Positions 12,751 to 25,740 of a stretch of DNA of 64,000 nucleotides are shown in pieces. The DNA is from Octopus vulgaris. Taxonomy: Eukaryota. Each line of letters starts with the position of its first letter. Position 1 is the first letter of the stretch. Under the pieces are notes generated by a model. It saw only the letters and a program-made list of their open reading frames with translations. It was not told the origin of the DNA and searched no databases. A program made the translations under genes and the position numbers. The stretch spans positions 100,688,001-100,752,000 of the forward strand of contig OX597820.1 of NCBI GenBank assembly GCA_951406725.2, written 5' to 3'.

Positions 12751-15216
12751 TTGATACAAATGTGAAAAGAAGATTAGTTTTCATGTTAAATGGAAAGTTT
12801 TCATGATTTCACATAAAAGGGGGAAAGCCACCATATGGTCTTCAATGTATTGAACTTGACACGTCTTAATCTTATTTGCAAAATCTATGGCTTTAACAGG
12901 GATCTTATTGACTACTTTTGACAGGAAGCAACTTGAGCCATAGGAAAAATATCAGTGTTTTCTGCCAGCTTAAGCAGTCCAATAACTAACAAGACAAGAG
13001 GTTCTATAAAACTGCTTAAGTATCCTCAACCCACTAAAAAAAAATCAATAAAATAGCTCCTTAGTAATCTTTTCGGTTCTTATGGGTAAGGAATGAGAAA
13101 TTCAATACTCTGCTAGAATCCTTTTGATTTGTTTTCTACATTTACCAAATGTTTATTTATCAAGTTTAAGGGAAATCAATTGAGAAAATCTATTGAACTA
13201 AATGTATGAGGTCTACATTGAAATACTAATGATTTAACATTAGTTTGACTTAAAATGAAACAGAAAAAGTAAGCTTTATTCTTTTTCTTCTTTTTTTCTT
13301 CTTTCAAACTAATGTTCTTTCATATAAACTTGAGTTAACAAGAGGTGAGTAAAAGCTATTTCAATAATTGGCAATTCTGTAGAACCTAGAAATAAATACT
13401 ACCATTCTATTTTAAGTCAATAACCATTTACACTAGAATTAAGTTGTTTGTAATAATAAAATTATAACAGTTACTTTAGTTAAAAGAGAAAATTTTAAAT
13501 AGTTGGAAATGAAGTTGTGGTGGAAGGCAATGGTGATGATGAATCTGATGACTCTAAAATTTGGTAAATTATCATTGAAATCTTTGATTGTATTAAGTAC
13601 GGCCATTTCTGCTCAGTTGCAAACTAGATACCTGCATGATTTGGTTAACTGCATAATTTTAAACAACAAACCATTTAGCATCAAATCTATATAAAATTGA
13701 TCAGTTAATATGCAAATAACATCACTTTCGGTTAATTGCATAAATTCATTTCCCTGAATGAAATGCAGCATAAATTTGAACCATTATATGGTTTGATGTC
13801 CATTTCAAGGTTCAGCACAAGCTTTTGATAGGGTCTCTTATATCAGACAGGTCAAAGGATAGAGGCCAGATTAATATGGACCACTTCTTTCCAGGGGTAA
13901 AAATGGGTTTGTGTAAGAGTAGGGCCAACACCTCCTACCTAGCAAGAAAAAAAAATTTTCAGAGGCACCAATGACATTCAAACCATTAAGAACTGAAAGA
14001 AGAAGGCCTTACAACCCAAAATCAAGAAGAGTGGAGAAAAGTCATCGATGGCCTATGCTTCATTAGGATCAAAGGGGTTTTAATAATATGATTTGATGTG
14101 AATAAAGTAATTTTAGACGTTTCTGTTTTCATGAGTTAAATAACAGTTGTCAAAAACACATGTCTACAGAAATATGATTATTAAAATCAAATGTATGCAA
14201 GCTATTATTATCATTTGAATGCATTAAAGACTCCAAAGTATTTTTAGCTCATTTTTGTAGAATAAAGTTCGTCATTAAATAAGTCTTCATTGTAAAAAAA
14301 TACAAGTTCTGTATCAAAAGATGACTGGATGTCATTTTCATATTTTCCTAATTAACTACATTAGCCTGTAATTGTCCAATTAGATATTTCTTAATCTGCA
14401 GGACCCTAGTTCTTTTATCATCATAAATTTCAAAGTAAGTGAAAGTTATTGCCAGAAAGTATGAATCTAGTTGAGTATGGTTTGCTGAAGAATGTCAAAC
14501 CTCAGAAGAGATGCATCAAATGATAGCCCTGCAGATACATATCAATATAAAAAAAAAATGATTGTTTGGATTGGATAGAACATCATCATCATCAGCAGCA
14601 GCAGCAGCATTTAATTAGGTATCACCTTATGATGTTAGAAAATTCCATCACATATCAGGCATCATTTTCAACTTCTGTACTTTCCTTGAGACAGACACAG
14701 ATTTGGAAGCAAAATATTTTACTTCCAAATCTGTCTCATCTTTAACTTAAATCATTTGAGTTACATTCTCTCATAATTTATGCCAAGTTCCGTAATTATA
14801 ATCCTCATAATCCTCCACAAGTAAGAATTCAGTATTTACAGCCATCAGGCCATATCAGATTCTTATAGGTGCAAAATCAGTTAAGGTCCTCATGCTAAAA
14901 TGAGTGGTAAATGAATCAGCTGACTGGCTTGCTTATTTTCTAAACTTTGTACTATTGTAATAAATGCAGAATTCCAAGAAACTTGATCCTATGTCATCTA
15001 TTGTACCACAAACATATTATTTATTGTACAACATATATATTATTCATTGTGCCACAAATATATCTTCTATAATCACCACTTAACTCCTTGTGGTATTTTT
15101 TAACATAATCATTAAAGTTCCCAAAGTTTTTCTTTTACTTGGTTCCATAACACGAACACATATTCACACTTAGAAGATATTAGAATTAAAGTAACTTTGT
15201 ACTTTACAAAACTTAC

Positions 15217-15356
15217 CATTTTAACAAAAGCCATGAGATTAATGGATGCATTCTGTAACTCTGCAAGAGCTGAAGGAGTGATGTTAATTCTCTGCTCACG
15301 AACTGTACGCTGTATTTTCCCAGGATCAATTAAAAAGTTACTGACCTGAAGACTAC
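15217..15356 (-). CDS. ABCA1: ABCA1-like coding exon 5 (GSLQVSNFLIDPGKIQRTVREQRINITPSALAELQNASINLMAFVKM)
   Basis: ttttctgaatttag| acceptor and ATG|GTAAGT donor; 140 nt, phase 1 to 0, open frame. Resembles ABCA1 LKLQDFLVD. Confidence 0.88.
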
Positions 15357-15395
15357 CTAAATTCAGAAAAAGAGTAGAAAATAAATATAACTATA

Positions 15396-15677
15396 TCTAT
15401 ATATATATAAATAGGTGCGTGTATTTTTCCCTTGTTTACAATTAACACAGAAAAAATAGATAAACAGTTACCAGGGCAGCAAAAAAATCACATGGTTAGC
15501 GAGATAATCTACTATAATAATACTCTTGTGTTTATGAATAAGAAAGAAAGGGATGATAGATGAATAAGGAAGGAAGGGGTAATATCATATTTTTTCATAG
15601 CTCCCATGGTTACTGAGATAATCTTTGAAACATGTGTCGGAAGTAAAAGAATTTGAATAACATCTGCGTTTAAGTCC

Positions 15678-15728
<51 letters not shown>

Positions 15729-16281
15729 TATATACATACATATAAATTTGACATGGGCGATTCTTTCTTGTCTTGGGATTCACAGTCAAATGGCAGGGTG
15801 GAATTGTGTGAAAAATTACACAGATGTGTAGAATGATCCGGTGCTGAAGCTGGGCTTTGTATTTTTTCATAGCTCCCATGGTTACCGAGATAATCTACTA
15901 TAATAATACTCTTGAGTTTACGAATGAGAAAGGAAGGGGTGAGCATTTCAACTCTGTGTGAATATGTGTGTGTATGTAAAAGGGAGGTATATGAATGTGT
16001 GTGTGTGTGTGAGTGTGTGTATTTGTGGTGTGCGTGTGCAATGGAAGTGGGATGGTTCATCTTTGTTCACTTAGTATTTGGGTTTATTTTTTGATTTGGT
16101 TGAATCTTGCTTGTTTGTTTTTTTTTTGTTGGTCAGTTATTTTTAGCATTTTGACAGACAAAAGTCATTCTAAAATTGTTTTTTAACGTAAGTGTGCCCA
16201 AACAAGTTGAATGCTTACACAGAGCAGGTTTTACAGCCACATCATCCAAATCAACTGGGTGAAACCAGGCTTAGCTGCTAG
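15396..16281 (+). mobile_element. Non-autonomous Helitron
   Basis: 5' end A|TCTATATATATATAAA. 3' hairpin CTGG-gtgaaa-CCAG followed by CTAG|T. No TSD. Internal repeats of CATGGTTACCGAGATAATCT. Confidence 0.72.
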
Positions 16282-16379
16282 TATATATATATATATATAT
16301 ATGAATACACATAAATATTATATGTGTGAGGCTATGAGAGTATATGTGTGTGTGTGTGTATATATATATATGTGTGTGT

Positions 16380-16761
16380 GGAGGCGCAATGGCCCAGTGG
16401 TTAGGGCAGCGAACTCGCGGTCATAGGATCGCGGTTTTGATTCCCAGACCGGGCGTTGTTAGTGTTTATTGAGTGAAAACACCTAAAGCTCAACGAGGCT
16501 CCGGCAGGGATGGTGGTGATCCCTGCTGTACTCTTTCACCACAACTTTCTCTCACTCTTACTTCTTGCTTCTGTTGTATCTGTATTTCAAAGGGCCGGCC
16601 TTGTCACTCTCTGTGTCACGCTGAATATCCCCAAGAACTACGTTAAGGGTACACGTGTCTGTGGAGTGCTCAGCCACTTACACGCTAATTTCACGAGCAG
16701 GCTGTTCCGTTGATTCGGATCAACCAGAACCCTCGTCGTCGTAACCGACGGAGTGCTTCCA
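16380..16761 (+). mobile_element. Full-length tRNA-derived SINE (family D), young copy
   Basis: Head GGAGGCGCAATGGCCCAGTGGTTAGGGCAG...GTTTTGATTCCC (A/B boxes), CpG-rich, flanked by (TG)/(TA) repeats. Confidence 0.85.
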
Positions 16762-16845
16762 TATATATGTATATATAGTAGTTCTCTTAGTAGTTCTTGC
16801 AGTTTCTGCAAGAGGCATAGTATCTCTTATATTTACTTTACCTAT

Positions 16846-17201
16846 TCTCTTTTTACTTGTTTCAGTCATTTGACTGCGGCCATGCTGGAGCACCGCCTTT
16901 AGTCGAGCAAATCGACCCCGGGACTTATTCTTTGTAAGCCCAGTACTTATTCTATCGGTCTCTTTTGCCGAACCGCTAAGTGACGGGGACAAACACAGAC
17001 ACACAAACACACACATACATATATATATACATATATACGACAGGCTTCTTTCAGTTTCCGTCTACCAAATCCACTCACAAGGCATTGGTGGGCCTGGGGC
17101 TATAGCAGAAGACACTTGCCCAAGATGCCACGCAGTGGGACTGAACTCGGAACCATGTGGTTGGTTAGCAAGCTACTTACCACAAAGCCACTCCTGCGCC
17201 T
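16846..17201 (-). mobile_element. tRNA-derived SINE (family A)
   Basis: Minus strand AGGCGCAGGAGTGGCTTTGTGGTAAG...GAGTTCAGTCCC...GACTGAAACAAGTAAAAAGAG. Multiple copies in the window. Confidence 0.88.
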
Positions 17202-17334
17202 ATATATATATATATACGAGAATTTGTGCTGTAATTAGCTAAAACAGTGGGAAAATTGTTTCAATTCCTTCAAATATATTTTGAAAGTTGATGAAACTAA
17301 TCTAACTGGAAGAGAATGTCAAAAAAGAATTTTT

Positions 17335-17695
17335 ATATCAAGAACCTTGTGGAGGACTCTTGCAGTTCCAAGCAATGATGATTTTGTAGATGTTCTATCT
17401 TCATATTTGTTCCAAACTTTTGGAGCCGTGTTGGTAGTTGAGCAGTGATACTTCCAAAGGCACCAACCACTTTTGGTATGATGTCCACCTTCTTCATTGC
17501 CCACAACCTGCATATTTCCTACTTCAATTCATCATATCATATCAATTATCAGGCATGATTTTTTTTTTTCTTTTCTGTTCATTACAATAACGTCAAGTTT
17601 TTTATGTTTAATCTGATGGTCATTCTGAATCAGTTCATGCCACAGGATTTTTGAAATTTCCATTCTCAGTAACTCTTTCTGTGATTTGGTATGCT
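17335..17695 (-). mobile_element. R4/Dong-clade LINE 3' fragment (restriction-like endonuclease domain), decayed
   Basis: Translates to KILWHELIQNDHQIKHKKLDVIV..CLIID, EICRLWAMKKVDIIPKVVGAFG and KSSLLGTARVLHKVL. Adjoins a (TAA)n/(TAG)n tract. Confidence 0.8.
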
Positions 17696-18115
17696 ACTAC
17701 TACTACTACTACTACTATTACGATTATTATTATTATTATTAACCTCAAATGTTTACGGTAATTATTTCATGAAGTCATTATTAATTAATAGAGCTCTTAA
17801 ACTAGGTGCACTGACAGGATTGAATAAAAAATATCCTTCCTTAACTGATAAATGCACCTTCTCGTTTAAAACACCCTAGTGTTAAAGTTCTGTTTTTTTT
17901 TTCCATTCAATCTATGAAGGACATTTTTTTTAGTCTTTTTTAGGAGAGGCAGTTATAATTGTTCTAGATTGTTTTAATTTTAGCATATCATTACTATACA
18001 TCTAATAAGCCGATCTGCCAGCTTTTTATTCTGGATTGAAGGAGACGATGTTGGCAATTAACATGTGATGTAAAGACAAGGAAACACACACACACACAGA
18101 TACTCATGCATATAT

Positions 18116-18403
18116 ATCACCGTGACCGACCAGACTATCAGATGTTGCTACACATCGCTGGTCACAATGCGCTTCGCATTGTTTTAGCCTTCAAATGATG
18201 CCACCCCGCTGGCTAAGCGAGCAGGCCAACAGAAGAAAGAGTGAGAGAAAACTGTGGTGAAAGAGTACAGCAGGGATCGCCACCACCCCCTGCCGGAGCC
18301 TCGTGGAGCTTTAGGTGTTTTCGCTCAATAAACACTCACAACGTCCGATCTGGGAATTGAAACCGTGAGTCCACTGCCCTAACCACTGGGCCATTGCGCC
18401 TCC
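18116..18403 (-). mobile_element. SINE with a family D head but a different 3' tail
   Basis: 18235-18403 is a reverse-complement match to 16380-16560. The tail ...GCTAAAACAATGCGAAGCGCATTGTGACCAG... also occurs at 52545-52660. Confidence 0.8.
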
Positions 18404-19771
18404 ACACACATATATATATATATTACCATCATCTTTTTTTTAATTTATCATTATCATTGCATGACTACATTGGGGTAGAGTTTTTTTTATTACAATTGAA
18501 TACCTCAATATCAACCTTTATCTGTTTCCATGCAAGGTAATGGTTGCCCATGACCAGACATGTTTTCTACTGGAGAAGGGAAATGAATGGTGCTCATTTA
18601 TGACAATAACATGATGTCAAGACAAGGACATACAAACACGTATATATTTGTATGTACATATACAAAATGAGCTTCTTTCAGTTTCCCTCTGCCATATCAA
18701 TATATTAAAAAAAAAAAAAAGCACTCTGTCAGTTTCGACAATGAGGGTTCCAGTTAATCTAGTCAATGGACAGCTGGCTCATGAAATTAATATGCAAGTG
18801 GTTGAGCACTTCACAGACGTGTACTCTTAATGTAGTTCTCAGAAGAATTCAGTTTAACACAAAAAGAGACAAAGCTGATCTTTTGAATTACAGGTACAAC
18901 ATTTTTGCCAGCTAAGCAGACAGGAGCAATGAGAAATAAAGTGTCATGCTCAAGGACACAAGGCACTACTGAGAATCGAACTCATGGCATTACGATTGTG
19001 AACCAGATATTCTAACCACTAAGCCATACCCTTTCACCATACCAAGATAAAGATATACATGCACACCATTCAGATAGATACATACATACACATGTGTGCG
19101 TGCACGCATACACACAGACATACACACAAAACAAGCTTCTTCAATTTCACTCACAGAGTACTGGCTATAACAGAAACACACAAGTCAACAGCATCCATAC
19201 AGTGGGACCAAACCCCAAATCAGAAGATTCCAAATTGAACTACTCAAGCACACACCCATGCCTACATCTAATATTCGATTACACCAAAAACACTGCGAAA
19301 CTATGTGCAAAGGGATGGTCATGGCTAGAATAACCTTAACCAGAGGTTTATTTGATCGGCATTAACCTGGAAGTAAGCAACAACAGGAAAATCTATATCA
19401 ACAGGAATTAATGAAATAATGTATTGTGCAAAGCTAATAAATATTCTTGTCCACCACGCATGTAAGTGTAATTATTATCTTGCAAAATAGCTCTAACTAA
19501 AGCAAAACTTCACAGGTCACTAAACATTTGCACCCACTCAATTGTGGGTTTTGATCAAATGAAGCAATGTATGACTCACATAGTACTGAATTTTCTTAAG
19601 TAGTCACCAACCTAATTACTAAGTGGATTTAAAGCAGATTAACTTATATAATCAAATGGTGATAGATATTTGAACATGAAGGTGCAACAAATATGTTACA
19701 TTTGTTTAAATTATTTATGAAAGTACAAAACTGAATCATATATATATATATGTATGTATATATATATATAG

Positions 19772-19808
<37 letters not shown>

Positions 19809-19909
19809 GACACATATACATACACATACATATATATATACACACATAGATATACATACATACATACATATATATATACACACATAGATATACATACATA
19901 CACATAGAT

Positions 19910-19959
<50 letters not shown>

Positions 19960-20574
19960 GTACATATACATATATATATATATATGTACATATACATAAA
20001 TGTATATGCAAATAAACAGATGTATGTATACATATACATGAGCATATACACACACACACACATTGGTATCAAACAGACTGAAACAAGTAAAAGAGTAGAT
20101 ACTATGAATTAGGGCTTTAATGAGGATAATCAGGTTAATAGTGGCATAATAATGATGATTTCACTTGGTTTGACAGGTCTTCATAAGCACAGCATATTGC
20201 AAATGATTGAAGGGTGCTTTTAACGGGCCAGTTACATGACACTGGCATCGGTCATGACTATGATCTCACTTGGCTTGGGCGGTCTTCTTAAGCACAGCAT
20301 ATATCCAAAGGTCTTGGTCATTTGTCATTGCCTTTGTGAGGCCTAATGTTCAAAGATCGTGCTTCACCATCTAATCTCATGTCTTCCTGGGTCTACTTCT
20401 TCCACAGGTTCCCTCTACCATTAGAGTGTGACACTTTTTTCACACAGTTGTCCTCATCCATATGCATCACATGACCATACCAGTGCAGTCATCTCTCTTG
20501 AACACCACATTTGATGTCCAACTTTTTTTTCAGGATGCTTACACTCTATCATACATTACACATTACACATTGCA

Positions 20575-22062
20575 CTTCTGGACCAGCTACAGGCCTACAG
20601 AACTATTCTTAACAGTGTACACCAACGCAAGGGACGAGTCTTCTTCCTGGATGCTCCTGGAGGGACAGGAAAAACATTTATTATGAAGCTTCTCTTTGCA
20701 GAAGTTACGCAGTATCAGGACATTGCAGTAGCTGTGGATTCCTCTGGGTTTGCAGCTACTTTGTTACCTTGTGGTAGGACAGCACACTTGACTTTTAAAC
20801 TCCCTTTCAATTTAGCAGCATCCAAAATGCCTTCATGCAACATCAGCAAAAGCTTAGATCAGGGGCAGGTACTTAAAAGGTGTCATCTAATCGTCTGGGA
20901 TGAGTGCACTGTGGCTCACAAGGGAGCTTTGGAAGCATTAGATAGAGCCCTGAAAGACATCTGAGACTGCCAGGCTCCAATGGGAGGTGTAATGTTTCAG
21001 TTGTCAGGTGATTTCAGGCAAACTCTTCCTGTCATTCCGAAAGGCACTAAAGCAGATGAGGTCCAAGCATGCCTAAAGTCCTCTACCCTGTGACATCATG
21101 TAATGACCCTCAGTCTTACCACCAACATGAGAGCTCAGTTACATGGCGACCAAATGTCTGCAAAGTTTGCACAGGACGTTTTGACACTTGGTGATGGCAA
21201 GGTGCCTCTCAATGCTGCAGGAGAAATGGAAGTATAGTTATTTTCCTCTGTTGTTAATTCTGTGGATGAGCTCAAACACAAAGTCTTTCCCAACTTCACA
21301 GAAAACTACCAAAATCACATTTAGCTGTGTGAAAGCGAAATATTAGCTCCAAAAAATATTGCTGTTAAAAAAATAAATCAACAGCTAATGCATTCTCTTC
21401 CTGGCACTATTCACACTTACAAGACTGTTGATACAATTCCAGATAAAAATGAAGTGGTGAACTATCCTCCCAAATTTCTCAATTCGTTGGAGCCTCCTGG
21501 ACTACCTCCTCACATATTAGCACTTAAAGTTGGAACTCTTGTAATGCTACTCTGCAGCCTGGAACCACCAAGACATTGCAATGGAACACAACTGGTGATA
21601 AAGAAAATGATGTCACAAGTTATCGAGGCTATCATTCTTTCTGGGTGTAGAAAAGGTGATGACATCTTAATTCCAAGAATTCTTCTTACTCCATCAGGAA
21701 CAGAAATTCCATTTACATTCAGAAGACTGCAATTTCCCCTTTGTGTCAGTTTTGCCACGTCCATTAACAAATCTCAGGGTCAAACCCTCTCTATGGCTGA
21801 TCTTCTCTTGGAAGATCCCTGCTTCTCATATGGACAACTGTATGTTGGCTGCTCAAGAGTGAGAAGCAAAAGAAACCTCTTGGCATGCACTCCACAAGGA
21901 AAAACAAGGAACATTGTTTACAACGAGGAGTACTTGGGGTCAATTCATTCGACTACAGGCAATGCTCCAGTAACACCACAGTCAAATGTTTTAAACAAGT
22001 AAAAGATAAGAATAAACAAATATGCCATTTCACTCCTGAGCAATGCCAGGTATCTCTGCTAG
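20575..22062 (+). mobile_element. 5'-truncated autonomous-type Helitron with an intact 3' terminus
   Basis: The helicase remnant is followed by hairpin CCTG-agcaatgc-CAGG (22035-22050) and CTAG|T at 22059-22063. Confidence 0.85.
20581..21930 (+). pseudogene. Helitron Rep/Hel PIF1-type helicase domain, inactivated
   Basis: One frame contains FFLDAPGGTGKT (Walker A), IVWDECT (Walker B), GDFRQTLPV, LTTNMR, RHCNGTQL, QFPL..SFA.SINKSQGQTL and GQLYVGCSRV. In-frame stops at ~20962, 21091, 21235 and 21322. Confidence 0.95.
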
Positions 22063-22079
22063 TTTTATATATATATAAC

Positions 22080-23240
22080 TTATTCCTCCTGTATGTGTGC
22101 ATTTTTATAAGAGAAAAATATGTTATAATTGAAGTAGAAAAAAGATCGATTTCATTCTTGAATGTAATGATAGTAATGGCAAATGAAGTTATTGAAGTAT
22201 TCGTGTTGCATTAAGAGTGAATATTTCTTTATAAACAATGCTTTTTGTTTTATTTCAGGTTGCATAAACAAAAAGATTTGGTTTTGCTCCCACAAGTGAT
22301 GCTCCTACATAAAGTTTCAAGTCTGAATCAGGGTGAGACTACCACTACAGATTTAGATTTATTCTGCCTGTATTTGTATATTTTATAAGAGAAAACCATG
22401 TAATAATTGAAGTAGGAAAAAGATGGATTTCATATACGAATTTCTGTTCGTTTATTATATGACAATAATAAATGAGTTGTATGCGTCATTTTATTTATCA
22501 ATACAGTAATGGCAATTATATAATGCAGTTCATTTAAATAGGCAATTTAGTCATTCTTGAATGTAATGATAGTAATAGCAAATTAAGTTATTGAAGTATT
22601 CATGTTGTATTAAGAGTGAATTTTTCTTTATAAACAATGTTTTTTTGTTTTATTTCATGGTGCATAAGCAAAAAAGATTTGTTTTTGCACCTACACATGA
22701 TACTCCCACATAAAGCTGACCATGTGAAAAGCATGGTTCTTAAAAACATGTAATAATTGAAGAAGGAGAATTGAAAGATTCAGGTTTGAATGTGAATGAA
22801 GGTAGAAAAATAGCTATATCATATAGAAGAATAGCTTAACGGAATGCAGGTGGCAGTGCGATGGCACTGAGAAGGCCACAGGTCAAGTAGAACACCCATT
22901 TGTCATGGTTTCTTTTGACATTTGAATAGGCTGTATGGCCAAGGAGAATTGAAAGATTCAGTTTTGAATCTGAACCAAGGTGAGATTATTCCTACAGATT
23001 TAGATTTACTCCTCCTGTATGTGTGCAATTTATAAGAGAAAACGTAATAATTGAAATAGAAAAAAAAGATCAATGTCATACACATTAAGTTACTGAAGTA
23101 TTCATGTTGCATTAAAAGAGAATATTTCTTTATAAACAATGTTTTTTTTTTTTGTTTTATTTTGGGGTGCACAAGCAAAAAGATTTGCTTTTGCTTCCAC
23201 ACATGATGCTCCTATATAAAGTGGGCCATGTAAAAACATG
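22080..23240. repeat. Three diverged ~240-300-bp direct repeats
   Basis: Blocks like CCTGTATGTGTGCA..TAAGAGAAAA, GAAGTATTCATGTTG..TTTATAAACAATG and AAAAGATTTG recur near 22085, 22365/22550 and 23010. Confidence 0.8.
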
Positions 23241-23760
23241 GTTTTTCAAGTTGCAACCCAGCAACTTTTAGTGTTTGGCTCTGAGTTTTATTAATGCTCA
23301 TGGCAAAAGAAATTGGGATAGGAAACTGTAACAGCTTAAATTGGAATGGTATGCAAGGAATGAAGACAGTGTCACTTTTACCACAAACAGTGAGAATATA
23401 TGCCTCAATGCAGAAGGTGAGGGGAAAGAGAGAGAGAGAGAGGAAGAGAGATTTTCATTAACAATGTGTAAAAACATCAAGGTGATAACATTAAAATGTT
23501 ACAAATATAACAAATACCAAACGTTACATTGTTTAACCCTGCAGCATTCAGATTGCTTCATCAAACATCATATTTATTGACATGATTTTGAATTAATCAA
23601 TAATCTTGCAGCTTCAATATTTCAATGACATAATTACTTATGTTTAAAATAGCATTGTAGGGTAGGCATAAGAGGCCAGATTTGGTCAGTTTGAACTAAA
23701 TGCTACAGGGTTCAACAATGTTGAAAGACGTTAATGTACTATTATTACAATATCACATAC

Positions 23761-23894
23761 CTTGAACGTTTCCATCTTCAAGAAGATGATACAAACCTTC
23801 CAGAATTCGGTAGGTTTCTAGTGATCTTAAAAACATTTCCTGGTAACTTGAATTTTTTATGATAATTTGCACATCCTTTACAATTTTGGTTAAC
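23761..23894 (-). CDS. ABCA1: ABCA1-like coding exon 4 (LTKIVKDVQIIIKNSSYQEMFLRSLETYRILEGLYHLLEDGNVQ)
   Basis: ggacag|G acceptor and CAAG|GTATGT donor; 134 nt, phase 2 to 1, compatible with both neighbours. Confidence 0.85.
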
Positions 23895-25156
23895 CTGTCC
23901 GTAAAACCAGTAAACCTTTTTAATAAAGCTTTAAGCAACAAAAAATACAATAATCTTAAACTCTCTTTTATTTTCTGTCATCAATTAGTTAAAAAATTTT
24001 TTGTGCATGTCACTCCCATTTGTATTATGTGTGTACATCCTTCAAACCTCATTCTTCAACTATCATCCTTAGAGTTCATAACACTGATATATCAATGGCA
24101 ATACTAGGCATGCACAGGCAGTAGCACCAATAAAGCAGTATGGTGTCACTGAGTGCAGCATGTGTTTCATTAAGTGTGTTCTGGCTCTCTTTTGATTATT
24201 TGTGTTCTGGCTCTCTCTTTTAATCAACAAATCAAGACGTTTGTTATATCCAAAAGTAAGACAAAATATCTGTACCTAGTCCAATTGTTCTGGCAGCATG
24301 TTCTTGTAAAAATAGGGAGAAATTTGACAACAGAACAAGCTCTGATGTGTGAAAATGAGCCTGGGTCATGAGGATCAAAATGTAAGAGCCAGAAGCTATA
24401 AATTGCCAGTCAAGCATTTGACATATTGGATAAATTCAGTAATTAATCACTGAAAATGATGTGGATTACCCAGATAGGGACTTGGAATCTGCTTCTGACA
24501 ATGACAGGTATAGTGAAGTAAGTGAAGGGAGTGATAGTAAAAATGATTCAGATTAACGAAACCTTGATGTGAAAAGTGGGTATAGCACTAGAAAATTGAA
24601 TGCCAGCAAAGACAATTCAGACACCATCAGCACAGGTCCAGTTGATGCTTCAAATTGTGGGCCCAAAAACATTCCAGACAGCATAAATGGTGAGTTTGTA
24701 AATATATTTCTGAATGATAAATTTTGGGAAAACCCCATTATGACAGCCTTGCTTCTAATCAATGTCAGAACCAGGCACAAATGGCTCAAGAGCCCATGTA
24801 CAGGATTACATAGCACCAAGGAGGTCAGGGATCAAAGGGTTAATATTCACGTAATTTTTCAACTCTATTATATCCAGATAGATGAAATTAAAAAAAAAAT
24901 TTTTTTAATTATTATCTATATTGTAAATATAAAAGAAATTTCAACTGTAGCCATTTTTATGAACATTTTCAAAGATAAGAAATCACATCCCTACCCAAGT
25001 GTGACCCTTTTTCAGCTAAGACATTTTGAAGCAAAAGTAAGAGCTGTTAAGAAGCTATGCGTTACTTACCAAACTATTCACATTCTGCAGACACGCAGAC
25101 ATATATACACATACACATATACATATATATACACACATATACATATATATACACAC

Positions 25157-25191
<35 letters not shown>

Positions 25192-25309
25192 TATATATGC
25201 ATAGATATGCACATATATATATATATATATTTAAATATACATAGATATACACACACACATATATATGCATATATATATATATGCGTATCTATGTATATAT
25301 ACATAGATA

Positions 25310-25365
<56 letters not shown>

Positions 25366-25463
25366 GATATGCATATATATATGCATATAACTATACACAC
25401 ACACACAAACCATATACAATATTTCATTTCGAAATAAAGATAACAATTAGGTTTCATGCTTAC

Positions 25464-25605
25464 GTTGACTGATTAAAGTTGTCAATGATACCAGGTAATT
25501 CTCCAGAAGTAATGTTCTTATGGCAATTATTGCTTATTGTACACACATATGTCTGAACAAAAGGTAATAGTCCAGCTGAAGGCAATGCACGACCATCAAA
25601 ATGAC
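25464..25605 (-). CDS. ABCA1: ABCA1-like coding exon 3 (CHFDGRALPSAGLLPFVQTYVCTISNNCHKNITSGELPGIIDNFNQST)
   Basis: ttttccag| acceptor and AC|GTAAGC donor; 142 nt, phase 1 to 2. Matches the ABCA1 motif CHF..AMPSAG.LP.VQ...C..NN.C....GE.PG...NFN.S. Missed by the ORF track. Confidence 0.96.
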
Positions 25606-25648
25606 CTGGAAAAGAAAACAAAACAATAATCATTTAAGAGTAAGAAAT

Positions 25649-25740
25649 GTAACGGTAACCCATAGTAAAATATCTCTGTAAAATATTGTAACGGTAACCC
25701 ACAGAAACGTAACGGTAACCCACAGTAAAATGTCTCTGTA
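25649..25740. repeat. Short tandem repeat, 3 x GTAACGGTAACCCA
   Basis: Read directly; lies 44-135 nt upstream of the coding exon 3 acceptor. Confidence 0.85.

Noticed and set aside
14480-14525. CTGAAGA followed by the palindrome GATGCATC
   Set aside because: No GAAA core and no stem II.
19644-19740. [12 protein letters not shown] resembling the ABCA C..NN.C motif
   Set aside because: Wrong position in the gene. The true exon is at 25464-25605, and no usable splice sites were seen.
23895-23915. In-frame alternative acceptor 21 nt upstream of coding exon 4
   Set aside because: It is preceded by an A-run rather than pyrimidines; unsupported without RNA data.
24100-24843. Possible piggyBac remnant and the 211-aa ORF at 24569-25204
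   Set aside because: Only an acidic stretch and an AAAGGGTTAA end are visible, with no transposase motif. The ORF runs into a microsatellite.
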